This document shows, piece by piece, positions 62,840 through 64,000 of a DNA stretch of 64,000 nucleotides (position 1 is the first letter of the stretch; each line of letters opens with the position of its first letter). The DNA is from Octopus sinensis (taxonomy: Eukaryota). Position numbers and translations under genes: made by a program. Under the pieces are notes generated by a model. The model searched no databases and was not told the origin of the DNA. It was given only the letters and a program-made list of their open reading frames with translations. Where the stretch lies: the NCBI RefSeq assembly GCF_006345805.1, contig NC_043015.1:15748001-15812000 (forward strand), given 5' to 3'.

Positions 62840-64000
62840 GTAATATTGATGTTACAAGCATTCATGTCCCTTTTGCAAACATCCTTGTATCGTAAGACCT
62901 AGTGCCCCTAGCAAGCTCTCCGTTGAGTATGTCCTTGGGGATTCTGCCATCTTCCATACGGCTAACATGTCCAAGCCATCTCATACGTCTTTGTGTGAGG
63001 AGTGCAAACATGCTTGGTATTCCTGCTTGCTTGAGGACATCTTTGTTGGGGACATGATTCTGCCATTTGATGCGAAGGATTTTCCGGAGGCAGCGTAGGT
63101 GAAAAATATTTAGGCGACGCTCTTGGCGCGTGAATGGCGTCCAAGTCTCACTTCCATACAGTAGAGTGCTAAGTACACATGCCTGATAGATCTTCATTTT
63201 CGTGGTCTTGGTCAGCTTATTGTTGTCCCATGCCCGTTTGAAGAGTTGAGCCATCACAGCAGTTGCCTTGCCAATGCGTATATTGAGCTCATCAAGGGAT
63301 AGGTTATAGGTGACGGTAGAGCCAAGATAGGTAAACTTCTCCACCTCCTGTAGTCTGTGGTCTCCAATATGTATGTTTGGGATGTCCGATGTAGCCTGAC
63401 CCATGATGTTGGTCTTCTTGAGGCTGATAGCTAAGCCAAAGTTGATACATGCTTGCTCAAAACAGTTGATGAGCCTTTGTGGGGCTTCTTCTGTGTGTGA
63501 TACCAGAGTGGCATCATCAGCAAATAGCATCGCCTTGATCAGGACGCTTCTTATTTTGGTCTTGGCACGCAGACGCGAAAGATTGAACAGTTTCCCATCA
63601 CTTGTACTGTGCAGAAACACTCTATCATCTGATGTCTCAAAGGCATGTGGCAGCAGCGAGAAGATGCCAAATAATGTAGGAGTAAGGACACAACTTTGCT
63701 TTACCCCATTTTTTATTTGGAAGGCGGCTGATGTTGAACCATTGTGCTGTATGGTGCCTTGCATATCATCATGGAAAGATTTGATGATCGTCAGCAGCTT
63801 TGATGAACATCCGATTTTTTGGAGCAGGATGAAGAGGCCTTTTCTACTTACCAAGTCAAAGGCCTTTGTCAGATCAATGAAGGCCATATATAATGGCATT
63901 TTCTGCTCTCTGGACTTCTCCTGAAGTTGGCGTCAATAGTTGATCTTCTTCTAAAGCCACACTGCGATTCTGGATAAATTTGAGAAGCAAGCAGTTGTAT
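62840..64000 (-). mobile_element. RTE (BovB-like) LINE reverse transcriptase region, 345-aa open stretch
   Basis: PLYMAFIDLTKAFDLVSR, GVKQ.CVL.PTLF, MLFADDATL, FGLAISLKKT, FTYLGS, VLSTLLYGSETWT and R.RWLGHV.RM.DGRIPK.IL.GEL. Confidence 0.95.

Overview
AT-rich, microsatellite-dense eukaryotic DNA. The repeat landscape (tRNA-headed SINEs with internal CA tracts, TA/TAGA/TACA arrays, mariner/Tc1, Helitron, RTE, Tx1 and Penelope remnants) suggests an octopus or other cephalopod genome; this is inference, no database search was run. Most ORFs in the supplied track are microsatellite translations or decayed transposon pieces. The only host gene I can support is the 5' part of a kexin/furin-type proprotein convertase on the minus strand (coding exons 28458-28270 and 25189-25004). 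Its intron positions match furin, but it lacks the R-X-K/R-R autoactivation site. The most striking unexplained structure is about 12 type-I hammerhead-ribozyme (HHR)-like motifs from about 7 unrelated sequence families. Ten of them lie in five divergent inverted pairs next to microsatellites. Two sit in 305-nt and 357-nt tandem monomers resembling retrozymes or Penelope pseudo-LTRs. One copy (31329-31410) has a fully canonical predicted fold, and three families share a U-U mismatch at the base of stem II. All folds were read by eye and none has been tested. Repeat boundaries are approximate unless stated to the base.
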